The notes: generated by a model from the letters alone, not told the origin. A stretch of 64,000 nt of DNA from the human T2T-CHM13v2.0 reference genome, Homo sapiens (GCF_009914755.1 NC_060933.1), one strand, 5' to 3'; numbered from the stretch's first letter, positions 44,284 to 60,692 are shown. Made by a program: numbers and translations.

Positions 44284-44658
44284 TCAAGTCGCAAAAAGGG
44301 GTAATTGGAACTGAATGCTGCATTAGAATTAATAACAAGAGTCAGCCCCAGCTTTGGGCCTGCCCTCAGTGGGGTCCATGCTTTAGAGAAGAATGGGAGG
44401 AGCATGGTGAAGAGGAGTCCTGGACACAGGGGCTTTGCAGAGGGAAACGCTCCAGAGACAGCCTGTGTCCCAAAGCTGACAGAGCACCAGGCCTGATACC
44501 TGGAGTTGAGCATCATAATGGCACAGAGCAACATGACCCAGGTGTGAAGGTGTGGGCTTGCCAGATGATGTGACACAAGGTCACATATTTAACAATCATA
44601 CAGAACTTACTATGTACCAGGCACTGTACTTAGTGCTTTGCAAACACCAACTCCTTCA

Positions 44659-44979
<321 letters not shown>

Positions 44980-45449
44980 CTATGAAGGTGATACTGTTAC
45001 TATCCCCATTTCACAGGTAGGGAAACTGAGGCACAGGGACGTTAAAGAACTTGCCCCATGTCACACAGGCAGAAACAGGCAGAACGAAGAGTTAAACCTC
45101 AGCCCTCCAGCTGTAGTCTGTGCTCTTCACCGGTCACTCCAGGCTGCTTGTGGCTGCCTCTCCTGTATTGAATGCTCTCTTTGCAGGGTGCCAAGGGCTC
45201 CCTGGCTGGTGCCAACCCCCATTTAGAATATCTGGGAACCCCAAGCCCACTGTGGTCACTGGTTCTTTCTGATACAGTACAGAGTTTCAACTTCACTATC
45301 TGACCCAAATCTTCTCTCTGCTTCTCTCAAACTTTGGAACCTCGGACAAGTTAACTTTGTCTCCTGAGGCTTGTTTCTCCATCTCTAACCCAAGGATATC
45401 TCTGCTGCTTACTCAGGGTTATAGTGAGAATTAAAGGAGGCTATGGGCG

Positions 45450-45755
45450 TTTTTATTTTTATTTATTTTTTTTGAGATAGGGTCTTTCTCTGTTGTCCAG
45501 GCTGGAGTGCAGTAGCATGATCTTGGCTCACTACAGCCCCTGCCTCCTGGGTTCAAGCAATTCTCATACTTCAGCCTCCCAAGTAGCTGGGACTACAGGT
45601 GCATGCCACCACACCCAGCTAATTTTTGTATTTTTATTGGAGACAGGGTTTCACCATGTTGGCCAGGCTGGTCTCGAACTCCTGACCTCAGGTGATCTAC
45701 CCATCTCGGCCTCCCAAAGTGCTGGGATTACAGGTGTGAGCCACCGCACCCGGCC
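45450..45755 (-). mobile_element. Alu (AluS-type)
   Basis: Antisense dimeric Alu. Confidence 0.95.
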
Positions 45756-46655
45756 TGCTATTCTGACTTTTAAAGTAGTAATAGCTCCTGTTGATTGGGT
45801 ACCGATTGTGTGCAGTCCCTATCCTAGCACTTCATAGACACCAAGAACCCCATGACAACACCCTGTAAAGTCTTTCTACTACCCATGGGCTTCACTACCA
45901 ATGAGCTCATTACATTTAGTGGCTCAGTTGTCGTTAGAGATCCAGCTCTAAGGGGGATCTAAGGATTCTAAGGGGGAATGGCCTATGAATGACGTTCTCA
46001 CTCAAAGCATGGGTGAGAGATGTGAGATGACAGATGTGAGAATCCCTGAGGCATGTTTTTGTGCCCCTCACTGGATCCTAGTTAATGCTTCTCAGGCAAG
46101 GTAATTGAAAACATTTGTTTTTATCTGCCTGGATTTTTCTCTTTTCCTTTATCTTTCATTTTCCTCCATTCAAGTATGCAGAAGGTCTGTGCTTCCTTAG
46201 CTCAGAAGTTTATAGTAGGAGGCTTGTGATTGGAGGTTTGTGGCCTAAGCTAAGTGCTGAAAGACCAAAGTCCTGCAGGGTTCAGGTAGGTAAAATGTCA
46301 GCAAAACACAGAGGAAACAGGCTGGGTACAAACATAATAAATAATCGTGGAGGAGTTGGGGCAAACTGATGTGTGCATACTGTATCTGAAGGTACCAGCG
46401 ATACCAGATCTTATAACTTTCCAAAGATGTCTGTGTGAAATGTCCTGGTCTAAAATTTTGGCAATTAATTCAGCTTGATTTTTTTAAGCCAGAGGCAGGT
46501 GAACACACTGCTGGAAAAAAAGGCTTACCCTGACAGTTGCAGGCAGTCCTCTGGTACAGCCAAGGAATACAGGGTTTGAGAGAAGAAGCATCCCTCAAAT
46601 GAAAGAGAGATTCACTTAGGATATGGGGAGAGAAGGATGTCTCTAGGAACTCTTT

Positions 46656-46966
46656 TTCTTTTATTTTTATTTATTTATTTTTTGAGACAGAGTCTCACTC
46701 TGTCACCCAGGCTGGAGTGCAGTGGTACAATCTTGTGATTACTGCAACCTCTGCCTCCTGGGTTCAAGTGATTCTCCTTCCTCAGTCTCCCAAGTAGCTG
46801 GGATTACAGGCATGCGCCACCATACCCGACTTATTTTTGTATTTTTAGTAGAGACAGGGTTTCACCATGTTGGCCAGGCTGGTCTCGAACTCCTGACCAC
46901 AGGTGATCCGCCCACCTTGCCCTCCCAAAGGACTAGGATAACAGGTGTGAGCCACCGCTCCTGGCC
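46656..46966 (-). mobile_element. Alu (AluS-type)
   Basis: TSD TCTAGG(A/G)ACTCTTT. Confidence 0.95.
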
Positions 46967-47467
46967 TCTAGGGACTCTTTGAGCAAAGGGACCTGCATCC
47001 TGATGGCAAGACCTGCACCCTGGGATATGGTAAGACCCTAGGGGGAAAAGCTACTTGGTTCACACAGGAGGCTGGCAACACATGTGGAGCTCCCCTATCC
47101 AGAGAAGCTTGTGTCACATATCAGGGTGTCAGGCTCAAAGGGGTCATGTGGACTGGACAGTGGCAGGGGTCGGGGTGGTCAGAGGAGAAATTGCTTTGGA
47201 CAAACCACTTATAACCATAGAGAGCCTTCCTGAACACCTTAATACTAGGTGACACCCTGGAGTCACTGACGCAACCTTGGGAGAAGGAGAGATCCAAAGT
47301 AGGATTGAATTTCTTCTATTTTGGTAGGAAAGAGCTCAGGATCAAAGTTAAGTTGATTTGTGTAAAGTTACTATGCTCGTTCACTCCCATCTGAGTTTGT
47401 GGACTGAGATTCATACTCATGCTTCTGTTTCAGGGAGTGCCATGCCACATCCGTCTTCTTCCCCTGA

Positions 47468-48098
<631 letters not shown>

Positions 48099-48651
48099 CC
48101 TACTTCTTTTTCAAGACACTTTTTCAGAGGTCTCCATTAAATGACAGTCTCTTGAGGTTATTCTAAAAAGGTCTCAGAATAGAGGATCCAGACGAGGCTT
48201 CCATCATCATGGACTCCATGTCATGTATTGTTGATAACCCATGTCTTTCACTCTCTTTCCATAATTCAGCTATATTTTCAGAATGCCAAACATATCTTGG
48301 GCACAGTGCTAGAGGCTGGAGGCACACGCAGGAATAAGCCTACTCTTAGAGTTCTCAGTCTAGTCAGGGAGGCAGAAGCGTCAAGAGAGCGCTGTCGTGT
48401 ACCGTGGTGAGAGTTGGTGATGGCGTGAGTGACGGGGGAAAGGGTAGAGGAGGAGGCAACAGGCTGCTCAGGTGTAGGAGGATGTGGTGAGCTTCTAAAG
48501 AAAAAAGAATAGAAGTTCTCATGCTGACAATGGCATTGACCTGGGTTGGAAGAGTTGGGAATATAGGGATGAGGCCAGAGGTGAATGCTTATAATTCCTC
48601 ATAGAGGGACATGAAATAAAGCTGTTTGGAGATGTCAAACTACTTAGTGTG

Positions 48652-48990
48652 TGTGGCAGGGACAATGTGTGTGCTCACCAATCCCCTTTCCGTTTTCCTC
48701 TTAGATATATGGTTAGACTATACTTCCCATTCCCTCTCGTAGTTTGGCAGGACCACGTGACTAAGTTCTGGCCAGTGAAATGTGTGCAATCTCCCACACT
48801 GTATTTCCCCATCCTTTGGCCTAATGAAGAGAACTCCAAAGACGAAGATGATAGAACCAAAAATTGGATGGAGCCAGGGCCCCTGAATGACTGTGTGGAA
48901 TAGAGACCCAGAGGACTCTAATGTGAGCTGGAAAAGTTTATTGCTTAGATCACTGTGATTTGGAGATTGTTTGTTCCTTCTGCTGTTCTA
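48652..48990 (+). mobile_element. MLT1 (MaLR) LTR within L2
   Basis: TGTGGCAGG...CCACGTGACTAAGTTCTGGCCAGTGAAATG...CCCTGAATGACTGTGTGGA...TTTGGAGATTGTTTGTT. Confidence 0.7.
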
Positions 48991-49121
48991 TCAATGCTGC
49001 TACCGAATAAAGTCCAGGGAAGGAGGAGAAATTAGAGATTAGACTGAATAGGAAGATTGGGGGGGGCCAGGTTATGAAGGGCCATGAGTACCAGTCTAAG
49101 GAGTATGAATGGCCATGGCAA

Positions 49122-49470
49122 ATTTTTTTTTCTCTTTCTTTCTTTCTCTCTCTTTCTTTCTTTTTTTTTTTTTTTTTTTTTTTGATAATGTCTCATTCTG
49201 TTGCCCAGGCTGGATTGCAGTAGTGTGTGTGATTAAGACTCACTATAGCCTTGACCTCCCAGGCTCAAGTGAACCTTCTGCCTCAGCCTCCCAAGTAGCT
49301 GGGACCACAGGCATATGCTACCAGGCCCGGTTAATTTTTAAAAAAATTTAAGAGATGGGGTCTCACAATGTTGCCCAGGCTGGTCTTGAACTCCTGGACT
49401 TAGGCGGTCTTCCTAGGTTGGCCTCCCAAAATGCTAAGATTATAGGTGTGAGCTACCACAGTCGGCTGGC
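49122..49470 (-). mobile_element. AluJ
   Basis: TSD ATGGCA(A/G)ATTT. Confidence 0.92.
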
Positions 49471-49932
49471 CATGGCAGATTTGCAAGCTTGTTTAGGGTA
49501 GAGTGGGAATATGAATGGTAGCGATGACAAGGCAGTTAGATTTGGCCACATTTCTCAGAGCATTAGCTCTTTTGGGTAGCAGTTATGGACATCTGGTTAA
49601 GAGAGCCTTATAGTTGAGAGGCTTAAAACCAGATTCTGTCAGCACCATGATGTACAACTTGAGGTCCTCATACCAAGTCAGAGCAAACCAAATCGACAAT
49701 ACTGTCAAGTATCTATTATGGTTTGAAAATTTTGTCCAATTCATTAGGTGGTATTCTTGACTACTGACATTCCCACAAGAAAGTCTACCTTCTGATGACC
49801 ATTAATACTCTTAACATGCAAAGCAAACCAAAGACATTTTAGACACCTTTCAAAGAGGATTCCTGCTCGTCTTTGCCAATGGAGGGGGACTGTGGGGAGC
49901 CCCAGATGATTTATTTGACATATAAAAAGTCT

Positions 49933-50781
49933 AAAGAAAGGCAGGCAATAACAAATGCTGGCAAGGATGTGGAGAAAAGGGAACCCTTATGCCCTGTTGG
50001 TGGGAATGTAAATTAGCACAACTATGGGGAACAGTTTGGAGGTTCCTCAAAAAACTAAAAATTGAGCTACCATATGATCCAGCAGTCCCACTACTGGGTA
50101 TATATCCAAAAGAAAGGAAATCAGGCTGTTGAAGAGATATCTGCACTCTCATGTTTGTTGCAGCACTGTTCACAATAGCCAAAATTTGGAGCAATGTAAG
50201 TGTCCATCAATAGATGAATGGACAAAGAAAATGTGGTACTTATACACAATGGAGTACTATTCAGCCATAAAAAGGAATTATATTCTGTCATTTGCAACAA
50301 CATGGATGGAAATGGAAGGATTTATGTTAAGTGAAATAAACCAGACACAGAAAGACAAACATCACATGTTCTCACTTACTTTGGGATCTAAAAATCAAAA
50401 CATTGAACTCATAAACATAGAGAGTAGAAGGTTGGTTACCAGAAGCTTGGAAGGGTAGTAGGGGTTGGAAAATGGTTAATGGGTACAAAAAAAAATAGAA
50501 AGAATAAATAAGACCTACTATTTGATAGCACAATAGGTTGACTATAGTCAATAATAACTTAATTATATATTTTAAAATAACAATGTAATTGAATTGTTTG
50601 TAACACAAAGGAAAATGCTTGAGGGGATGAATACTCCATTCTTTATGATGTGCTTATTGCACATCACATGCCTGATTCAAAACATCTCACGTACCCCATA
50701 AATATATACACGCACTATGAACCCAGAAAAGTTAGAAATAAAATTCAAAAATTTGAAATACAAAAACAATTAATTAAAAAT
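49933..50781 (+). mobile_element. L1MA2-like 5'-truncated LINE-1 3' end
   Basis: Translates to the ORF2p C-terminus (WYLYTMEYYSAIKRN...SFATTWMEMEGFMLSEI...KDKHHMFSL). L1MA 3'UTR, A-rich tail, AAAGTCT at both ends. Confidence 0.9.
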
Positions 50782-51546
50782 TAAAGTCTGAGGAAATTGG
50801 TGAACTGTTTCTAGCAAAGTTACATAAATGCACACAAGCAACTTGAGCAGTACAATATAAGTCCAAGGAAAATTTGGATCCTGTTGACTCATCAGATGTG
50901 AGGTGAACTTTGACTTTGGAAGAAATCCTTCCATTTGATACACGGTGCCGGGAAAGATCTAGGATGCTTCGGTATTAACAGTGTTTTCTGTGGTTGTATG
51001 CATAGCAACAAAGAGGTTAGGCCAAGGCAGATATTATTCACTTGAGAGAAACCAGATTAGAGGCAAGTGGGGGGCATGAGCAAATGTGTGTGTATGACCA
51101 GGGCTGGAATTGTTGTCTCATAGAGTGTCCATAAGCCAATGGGTATTTCACTGTTGCCTACAAAGCAGACCACAACTTTGTGCAAAAGAAATGCCACATC
51201 ACGGGTGTCTATTTAGTGCAGGATTGTATTTTAGGTGTTTTTTTCTGATGCAAGAGCTATATTTCCACTACAGAGTAACAGGTGATATTCATATGGAACT
51301 GGCATATATTGTGTGCCCATGAGGTGCCAGGCTCCATGCTAGATGTTTTGCATCATTATCTTGTCTAGTTTTAACCAGAACTCTTTAGGGTAATGTGGTG
51401 CTATTTCCATTTCATTTATGTAGATATTGAGGTGTAATGAGAGTATGTGATTGCCTAAGGTCATCCAACTTGTGAGGGGTAGGGCCTGGAGGTAGAGTCT
51501 AGTTTTCCAATTTCAATTTCAAATCCACATTCTTTTTACTCCAGGC

Positions 51547-51770
51547 CTTTTTGTTGTTGTTGTTTCGTTTTGTTTTGAGACAGGGTCTCACTCTGTCTCC
51601 CAGGCTGGAGTGCAGTGGCAATCATAGCTCACTCTGGAGCCCCAAACTTTCAGGCTTAAGTGATCCTCCCATCTCAGCCTCTCTAGTAGCTGGTACTACA
51701 GGTGTGTGCCACCACGCCTGGCTAAGTTCTGATTTTTTGCAGCGACAGGGTTTCTTCATGTTGCCCTGGA
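51547..51770 (-). mobile_element. AluJ, partial
   Basis: Antisense right arm plus part of the left arm. Confidence 0.88.
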
Positions 51771-51895
51771 TAGGTTTTTTGTTTGTTTGTTTAAGACATC
51801 GATTAATTAGTAAATTTCTTCTCAAGAAAGCAGAATGTTTTGTTTACATATGCTGATAGATATTCTTACCTGCTAGATGTAGTACTGATAACTAG

Positions 51896-52570
<675 letters not shown>

Positions 52571-52710
52571 CTTTTTCTTTCTCTTTCACTTCTCTTCCAT
52601 CCCCTTTTCTTTCTTGTTTTCTTCTCTTCTCTCCTTCTTTCCTCTCCTTTTTCTCTTTCCTCCCTTTCCTTCTCTTTCCCATTTCCCGTTTCCCTTTCTT
52701 TCTCATCTCT
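52571..52710. repeat. Polypyrimidine low-complexity tract
   Basis: CT-rich, ~140 bp. Confidence 0.85.
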
Positions 52711-53154
52711 GTATTTAATAATAAAGAAAACACTGAGGGTAACTCACTAAATTCATTTCATGACTCATGAATGAGCTAAACCAATAGTCTAAAAATGCTG
52801 CTTAGAGGGAAGTTTCCAGAGCTTCTGTGAGTTTCTCTGGCTCCTGCATTCTCCCAACGCCTGTTGTTTTGGTCTTCCTTGGATTCTGTGAGCAACACTG
52901 AATCCTTCCTGTAAGCTGCCCCCACTCCAGTCCTCCATTGTTCTGTGCCTGAACAAGAAGGTCGGTTCACATTGCTTGTAACTGAGGAACCTTAGCTATC
53001 AACTGACATCCCTTGTCAACATTTTCTCTCTGCCCCTTACTCCATTCTCCCTCAGATTGTAGGCAGATTCATTCAACAGCATTGCCAGTGCTTTTGGCTC
53101 CTAGAACAGTAATTAGGCTCTGGGTTCCTGAGGCCACTTAGTCATCACTACAAG

Positions 53155-53775
53155 AAATAAAAAATAGCCGAGCATGGTGGCTCATGCCTGTAGTCCCAGC
53201 TACTTGGGAGGCTAAGATGGGAGGATCTGCTTGAGCCTAGGAGTTCAAGGCTGCAGTGAGCTATGGTCATGCCGCTGCACTCCAGTGCTTGAGTGTTGTA
53301 TCCACCTGGAGACAAAAAGGGGCTTTTAAAACATTAGCACAGAAGCACCATGCTAGCAATAGTGCCGGGATGAGTTGCAGGAGGTTAGAAGGTATCATCA
53401 GTGCTGCTGATGGAGAAGGGAGTGCACAGCTAGCAGGCCCCTCTCTGGATCTGGTTGGTACTGTGTGTCAGGGAGCTAAAGGGGACTCTACTAGATTTCA
53501 GGGTGATATGCACTCATCCTATGCCACCTCTTCTTCTGACTAGGGTCATGACCTAAGGTAACATGAAAAACTTGGAAATGAGACATTTTAAAAATAATAT
53601 TTTAGCCAGGCATGGTGGGGTGTGCCTGTAGTCCCAGTTACTTGGGAGGCTGAGGCAGGAGAATCACTTGAGCCCAGGAGTTTGAGGCCATGAGCTATGA
53701 TTGTGCCACTGTACTCCAGCCTGGGCAACGTAGCCACAGTAAGACCTATATCTGAAACAAAACAAAATGAAAAAC
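53155..53775 (+). mobile_element. Two Alu monomers, FRAM/AluJ-like (53155-53286 and 53603-53775)
   Basis: GCCTGTAGTCCCAG...TTGAGCC(T/C)AGGAGTT. Confidence 0.8.
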
Positions 53776-54296
53776 CAGGAATGTTTTGCAGAATATCGTC
53801 ATTTTAAAATGCTTTCTCATTCATTGTTTTGACATTTCTTTTGCTCTGACCTCTTAACAGAGTAAAAAAAAAAAAAACTGGGACCAGGGAGATTATACTT
53901 AGGGAGAAGGCGGCAAAGAATGATGCGAAGATCTAGACAGGATTTGAGATCTAACAGACAGACCTAGTTTTCAGTTTTATTGTTCGTCATTCATTTATTC
54001 CGTAGGCTTCTTATTTGTAAGCTATTATGTGCTAAAAATGGTGCTGGGCAGGGTTGGTGTCATGGGCACATGACTTCTGCAGTTACACAGGACTCCACAT
54101 GTGGGGGGTTCCTGCATGTGCTTTTTTTGCATTTTTAAAACTGATATATCATAGTTGTACTTATTTTGGGGGTACATGTGGTATTTTGATACATGCATAC
54201 AATGTGTAACAATCAACTTAAGGTAATTAGGACATCCATGATTTCAAATGTTTAACTTTTCTTTGTGTTGAGAGCATTACAATTCTTCACTTCTAG

Positions 54297-54998
<702 letters not shown>

Positions 54999-55466
54999 TC
55001 TAATTGTATTTTTATACCCATTAAACAATTTCTCGTCTTCCCCCTCCCAACACACATCACCCTTCCCAGCCTCTGGTAACCACCATTCTACTCTCCACCT
55101 CCATGAGATCCACTTTTTTGTCTCAAACATATGTGTGAGAACATGCAATATTTGTTTTTCTGTATCTGGCTTATTTCACTTAACATGATGACCTGCAGTT
55201 CCATCCATGTTGTTGCAAGTGACAGGATATCATTTCCTTTTTAAGGATGAGTAATATTCCATTGTGTATATGTAGCACATTTACTTCAACCATTCATCTG
55301 TTGATGGACACTTGCGTGGATTTTACATCTTGGCTATTGTGAACAGTGCTGCGATAAACATGGGAGCACAGCTATCTCTCAGAAGGTCCCAGGCTTGATT
55401 TAATGATCTACTGTTACCATCTTGAAATTCTTAGTAATTGTTAGACAAGAAACCCTGCATTTCCAC

Positions 55467-55785
55467 TGGGCATGGTGGCTCATGCCTGTAATTCTAGCAC
55501 TTTGGAAGGCCAAAGCTGGAGGATTGCTTGATCTCAGGAGTTAGAGACCAGCCTGAGCAACACAGTGAGACCCCATCTCTACGAGAAATAAAAAATAGCC
55601 ACGCATGGTGTGGCTTATGTCTGTAGACCCAGCTAGTTGGGAGGCTGAGATGGGAGGATCTGCTTGAGACTAAGAGTTCAAGGCTGCACTGAGCTATGAT
55701 CATGCCATTGCACTCCAGCCTGGGTGTCAAACAAGATCCTTTCTAAAAAAAGCAAAACGAAACAAAACAAAACAAAAACAGCCCT
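55467..55785 (+). mobile_element. AluJ
   Basis: TSD GAAACCCTG(C/T)ATTT. Confidence 0.92.
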
Positions 55786-58700
55786 GAAACCCTGTATTTT
55801 CATTTTGCATTAAGGCCTACAAATTATGTAGCTGGTCCTGATGCCTGATGCTAGGTATAGAATCCGGAGCTGAGCAAAAACCAGCCATGGTCCTTGCTCT
55901 AGCATAGAGTATAGTATAGGAGGTTGACTACCTGGGACAACTCACTTTGTGATTCTCAGTTTTCTCATCTGTAAAATGGAGATAGTCATTCCAACTTCAA
56001 AGAGCTGCTGTGAGCACTAGAGATGATTGTGTAAAGTGTCCAGCTCAGTGGCTGGCATGATGTGCTCAGTGGGCATGAGATGCAGAGTCCCCATTTCCCT
56101 GGTCTCTCAAGGGAGGTCAAAGCTGGTATTTTTCCTGCTACCTTGCTCTCATTGACCCACCTAAATACTCTTCCATCTGTTACACACTTGGTGTCTTTTG
56201 GGGATCAACCTCTTTGTTAGAAGCCTTTGTCTTCCACTCTGCAGTTGGGCACACCCAGGATCCCAAAGCCTGCCAAGGCTTTCCCACTGGGAAGCTAGCA
56301 TTCCTCCAGTGCTTTGGATTTGCCATGGCAGTGCCCTAATGGACCCAAGGCTGATTCTTCAGGCTGGTTGAAGCCCTGGAGGCCCCCATAAACCTGAGTG
56401 TCATGAACAGATGGCAGCTTCAGATTCATAGCATCTGTTGGTGTCAAATGTTAGGAAGAGCACAGCCAATCAATTATCAGAGCGTCCTTGTTGAACAAGG
56501 CTCTGGTCACTGCTGGAAACCATACCAGAGCTGTTGGTAGTGCCAGGCATTTTTCAAGGAAACACAAGCAATTTAAGATAATCCATGGGTGGAATTTTCA
56601 TCCCGGGCTCCCCAGTTTCCCTGAAGAACTGTGTGCAGTTGCCAAATGATAGTGAAATAAGCAGTTTGTGATTTCCTTTGAGAAACAAATGCCTTGTGAT
56701 GGGAGTTAGAGTGAGTCCATCATAATACGTAAGAGAAGAGGGACAGCGTGATTCAAAAGCAAGAGCATGGATTTTGAAGTCAGAAAATCTGGGCTCAAGT
56801 CCCATCCTCGAGTTTTAGTAGCTGTGTGTCATTAGACAAGTTACTTGCCCTCTCTGATCCGCAAGATCCCTAGCTATAAAATAGAAATAATACTAGTTAC
56901 CTTCCAACGCTGTATGTAAAGGAAATAGTACAGGCAATATCATGGAACTCTAATTATCAACATTGCTTTCCTTTCCTGTTCTGTTTTGGGTATCCACTGG
57001 CTGAAAGGCTGGGAGGTAGATTCTAAAAATGAAGCTAAGAGGCTACTTTGTATGGGTCATGCTTATGCCAGTTTCCTGATGGCCCATTTCCATGGGCAAT
57101 TGGCACTGTTATTACATCAATACTTGTCACTCTAACATGGTACAGGTTCACCTCCAGCTCAGCAGCTCTCTGGCCGAGTGCTAGCTCACCCTGGGGATTC
57201 TCAGATCTCAGCACTGACACATGTCTTCATGGTGAAGACAGACTGATTGTGTGCCTAAAGGTAGACAGTTGTTTCTCTGCTTGAGGTCTTTTGACTATGC
57301 AGATCATGTTGTCCAAGGCCAGCATTACTGCCTCCTAACAGGTCTCTTGCGGATAATCCAGAATTATCATCTTCAGTCTACTCTACCTTATTCCCTTCTT
57401 CGTTCTCTGTCTCATCATTCATATATTCATTCTCTGAATGAGGATTGTAAGCTAGCACTGGGAATACAATAGTAGACAAGACTGGGAGCAGCCATGCCTT
57501 CAGGGAGTATCCAATCCAGAGGAGGAGACACAGTGGCTGAGGAGTGCAGCTGCAGGCTGTGGGTGCTTGAGGAAAGCAGGTGCACACCAGGCTGAGGGTG
57601 GGAGGAAGTGTCGGAAAAGGTGCCTTTCGAGAGCCAGAATTGACAAGTAGCCACCCAGTGGACCTGTGTTTCTTCTGGCTTCTGAGGGTCCTCCTATTTA
57701 GAATGTGAGTGACTGTGTCTTGTGTCATCATTCTGTCCATGTTTATCTCTTCAAGTAGACTAAGAATCCTGTCAGAGCAGGAACTGCATCTTCCTCAAGT
57801 AGCTATCCCTCCATGCTAATGTTAAATGATTAGGAATCAATCAATCAATCAATGAATTAGTTAAGTAGTTGAAATGAGCATAGGGCGATTTTGGGTGGAG
57901 TCACCATCGTGAATAAATATCCCTGTGGTACTTAGGAGAAGGATTCACGTACACACTTCTTGTACGTGAATTTGTACTTCTTGTACTTAAATTTTTGCTA
58001 GTGCCAATTCAGGCAAAGCATATTTTGTAGCTTCTTAATTGTAGTGAGCTGAAACTAACAGCAACAAAAAAGCAACACAAATAATAACTACTATCTAGTG
58101 AGAACTTACTATATATCAGGGATTGTACCAAGTCCTTCTCATGTTTACCCATTTAATTCTCAGACTGTCTTTATGATACAGTGACAATTATTATCATGCC
58201 AATTTTACAGGAGGGGCAACTGATACATGGAGAGGTTCAGTTGTCCCCATAACAAGTAAGTTTCAGAGCCGAGGTTTGAACTAATGCGGTCTCCCTCCCA
58301 AATCAGAGTTCTGGACCTTGGCAGTGGATTATCTCACTTCCTGCACCCTGTCAAGGGTTAATTCTTGCCTTGTGCCAGGAGCACTGGCAGATTTCTGGCA
58401 GTGTGTATTCATCCCTTTGCGGCCTTGGCACAGATTCCCATTCCCTTCTGCTGACTGATCTCTCTTAAAAGAAAGTCATTTTTGACAGAGACATGCATGG
58501 AAAGGTCCAGTTTATATGAGTTTAGTCAAGGAATTTCCAGTCCTATTGACAACTGAGTTGTAGCTTGCAGGACCCCACTATTACTCAGGAAAAAGGCTGT
58601 GACCGAATGGTTTCTGTCCTCTCTGCCGGCCAGCATTTTGCAATGTTGGTAGGGCCAGGCATTATGACAGGGAATCCAGTTGTTGTTGTGCATATTTCTG

Positions 58701-59484
58701 AAGACACACGATTCTGACATCTGTAACCCTGCAGTCAGTCAAGGTTTGTACCAGCGTTGTAATCTGTTTCAGGGCTGCCAAATAGTTCTTTTGAAAAACT
58801 TACTGGCAGCTTACCCGTTTTCTGCTGTTGTGTTTTGAACAAGTGTTTCCCAAAACTATTTCCTAACAGCACCAAAGGGTTGGAGGAGGAAGGAAAATAA
58901 AACAGGATAGTAGAATTTACTGGGGAGGAAAAACACAAAGTGAAACCACCACCACCATTTACCAGCGTCACTCCTAAGCCTGGACTGTGGCTCTGTGCTC
59001 TTCATAATTTGAAATCAGAGCTTCTGAGCAGGCGCCCTTTCTCTGGCAAAGGCGATCTCTGTTTTTATTTAGGTTCAGAGAGGGGTTTCTCTTCACCCCT
59101 TTGGAAGTTTTCAGTTGGCAACTGTGACTTCCGGGAGAGAAGTTGCAGGCAGTGGATGATTGGAAAATACCCAGTCGTAGAAGAGGCCAGATGCAAAGAT
59201 GTTGATGACCTGTGGGTTTCAAGGGCAGGAACTCCTTGTTCTGCATGGTGACTGGTGTCACGTGTGTCCAGCTCAGGCCTGCTGACGGAGCCCGCTGCTC
59301 ATACCATCTTGAGTTGAACAGACTGGACCAGAGGCCACTGGAAGCACAGCTCCTAAAAAATACCAACAGTGATTTTTGGCTTTTTCCCAGCAACCAGGGA
59401 ATCAGATTGGAGCTAGGTCAGGGTTGTGAGCACCCATTGCTCTCCTGCACATTGTCCTTCCTTTTGGGGTTTTGGAATACACAT

Positions 59485-59890
59485 GGATATATTTAACTAG
59501 ATATATTACATATATTTTAAAGATATATACTTAGCGTATATATTTAACATAGATATTTCTAGAATATGCATATTCTGAATATATGAAACATCTAAGCTTG
59601 ACATTATTTGTACATAAAGTAAGTATAATATTTACATTTATCACTTTAAATTTTATACATAGAATGGTTATTTCTCAAGATATCTATATATCTATGTATT
59701 TCCAGCTCCTAAATATATTTATATATCTTTATATCTAAATACAGCGAAGATGGTTCATATAAATAGATATATACACACGTACACACACACTGTATATATA
59801 TGTATATATGTATATATATGTATATATATATTTCTCCTTTTCCAGCTTTTCCAGTTACCTGCACACACACACACAGATACACACACACAG
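59485..59890. repeat. AT-rich low-complexity region with (TA)n/(CA)n
   Basis: Directly visible. Confidence 0.8.
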
Positions 59891-60692
59891 ACGCACATAA
59901 GCATCTCGTATATAGAGTTTCCTCTTTCTTAAGCTGCCATACCTCAGCAGTCATTGGACACCCCCACATGGCTGTCAGGGCCAGCAAAGCTGTATCCCCT
60001 TGGAGAGGCAGAAGAAATTCACAGTCCCCTTGTAAAATCTCTCACTTGCCTTGCACTTAGGGGATGTCAAAAGTGTTCTCTCTCTGCCAGCTCCTCACTT
60101 TCCATACCCCCTTGAATCTCACATATTTACCACCTTGTTTTTTCCTTCTTTTTTTCTTTACAATTTTTCAACAGGGCCTTTATTTTCATCAAACGAGCAT
60201 TTTAATGCGTAGTTCAAGAGAAATTCAGTCCGTATGTTTCAGATTCATTTACAGTTAAATCATCAGTAGTTTTGCAATCACAATTTGGCAGCCAGGAGAT
60301 CTTGGAGGCTTTTTTTTTTTTTTTTTTTAGGCCCTTTGACTTGGAGTCAAGATGTGCTGTACAGTTTGGTGCTGAGTGCTCTGGACGCCCCAGCAGGGCC
60401 GGAGAAAATCTGCAGAGGCAGCAGCAACTGGTAGGTGGAGCAGGGGTTTGGGCCTGCGGACTGTGCTTGCTTCTTTACCATGTGCTCAGAGGCCACTTAT
60501 CTGAAATGAACTGTGCATTGTCACCCTGGGCTCGGCTTCTCCATCTATAGACTAGGGTGTTACCTACACTTATGAACGTCTTTGTGCTTCATTCCTTTTA
60601 TCTTGAAAATAGGCATAACAGTAATAGGCTATGAAGGATGCATAAGCTATTCAGGGAAAATGCTTAGTATTTGGCCTTGTAAGAGTTCTATA

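Noticed and set aside
50129-50458. 109-aa ORF with real protein similarity
   Set aside because: It is the C-terminus of L1 ORF2p in a truncated, frameshifted L1MA; not a host gene.
59030-59050. CTCF-like GCGCCCTTTCTCTGGC (similar at ~7533)
   Set aside because: Spacing is off by one base and core positions mismatch the CTCF consensus.
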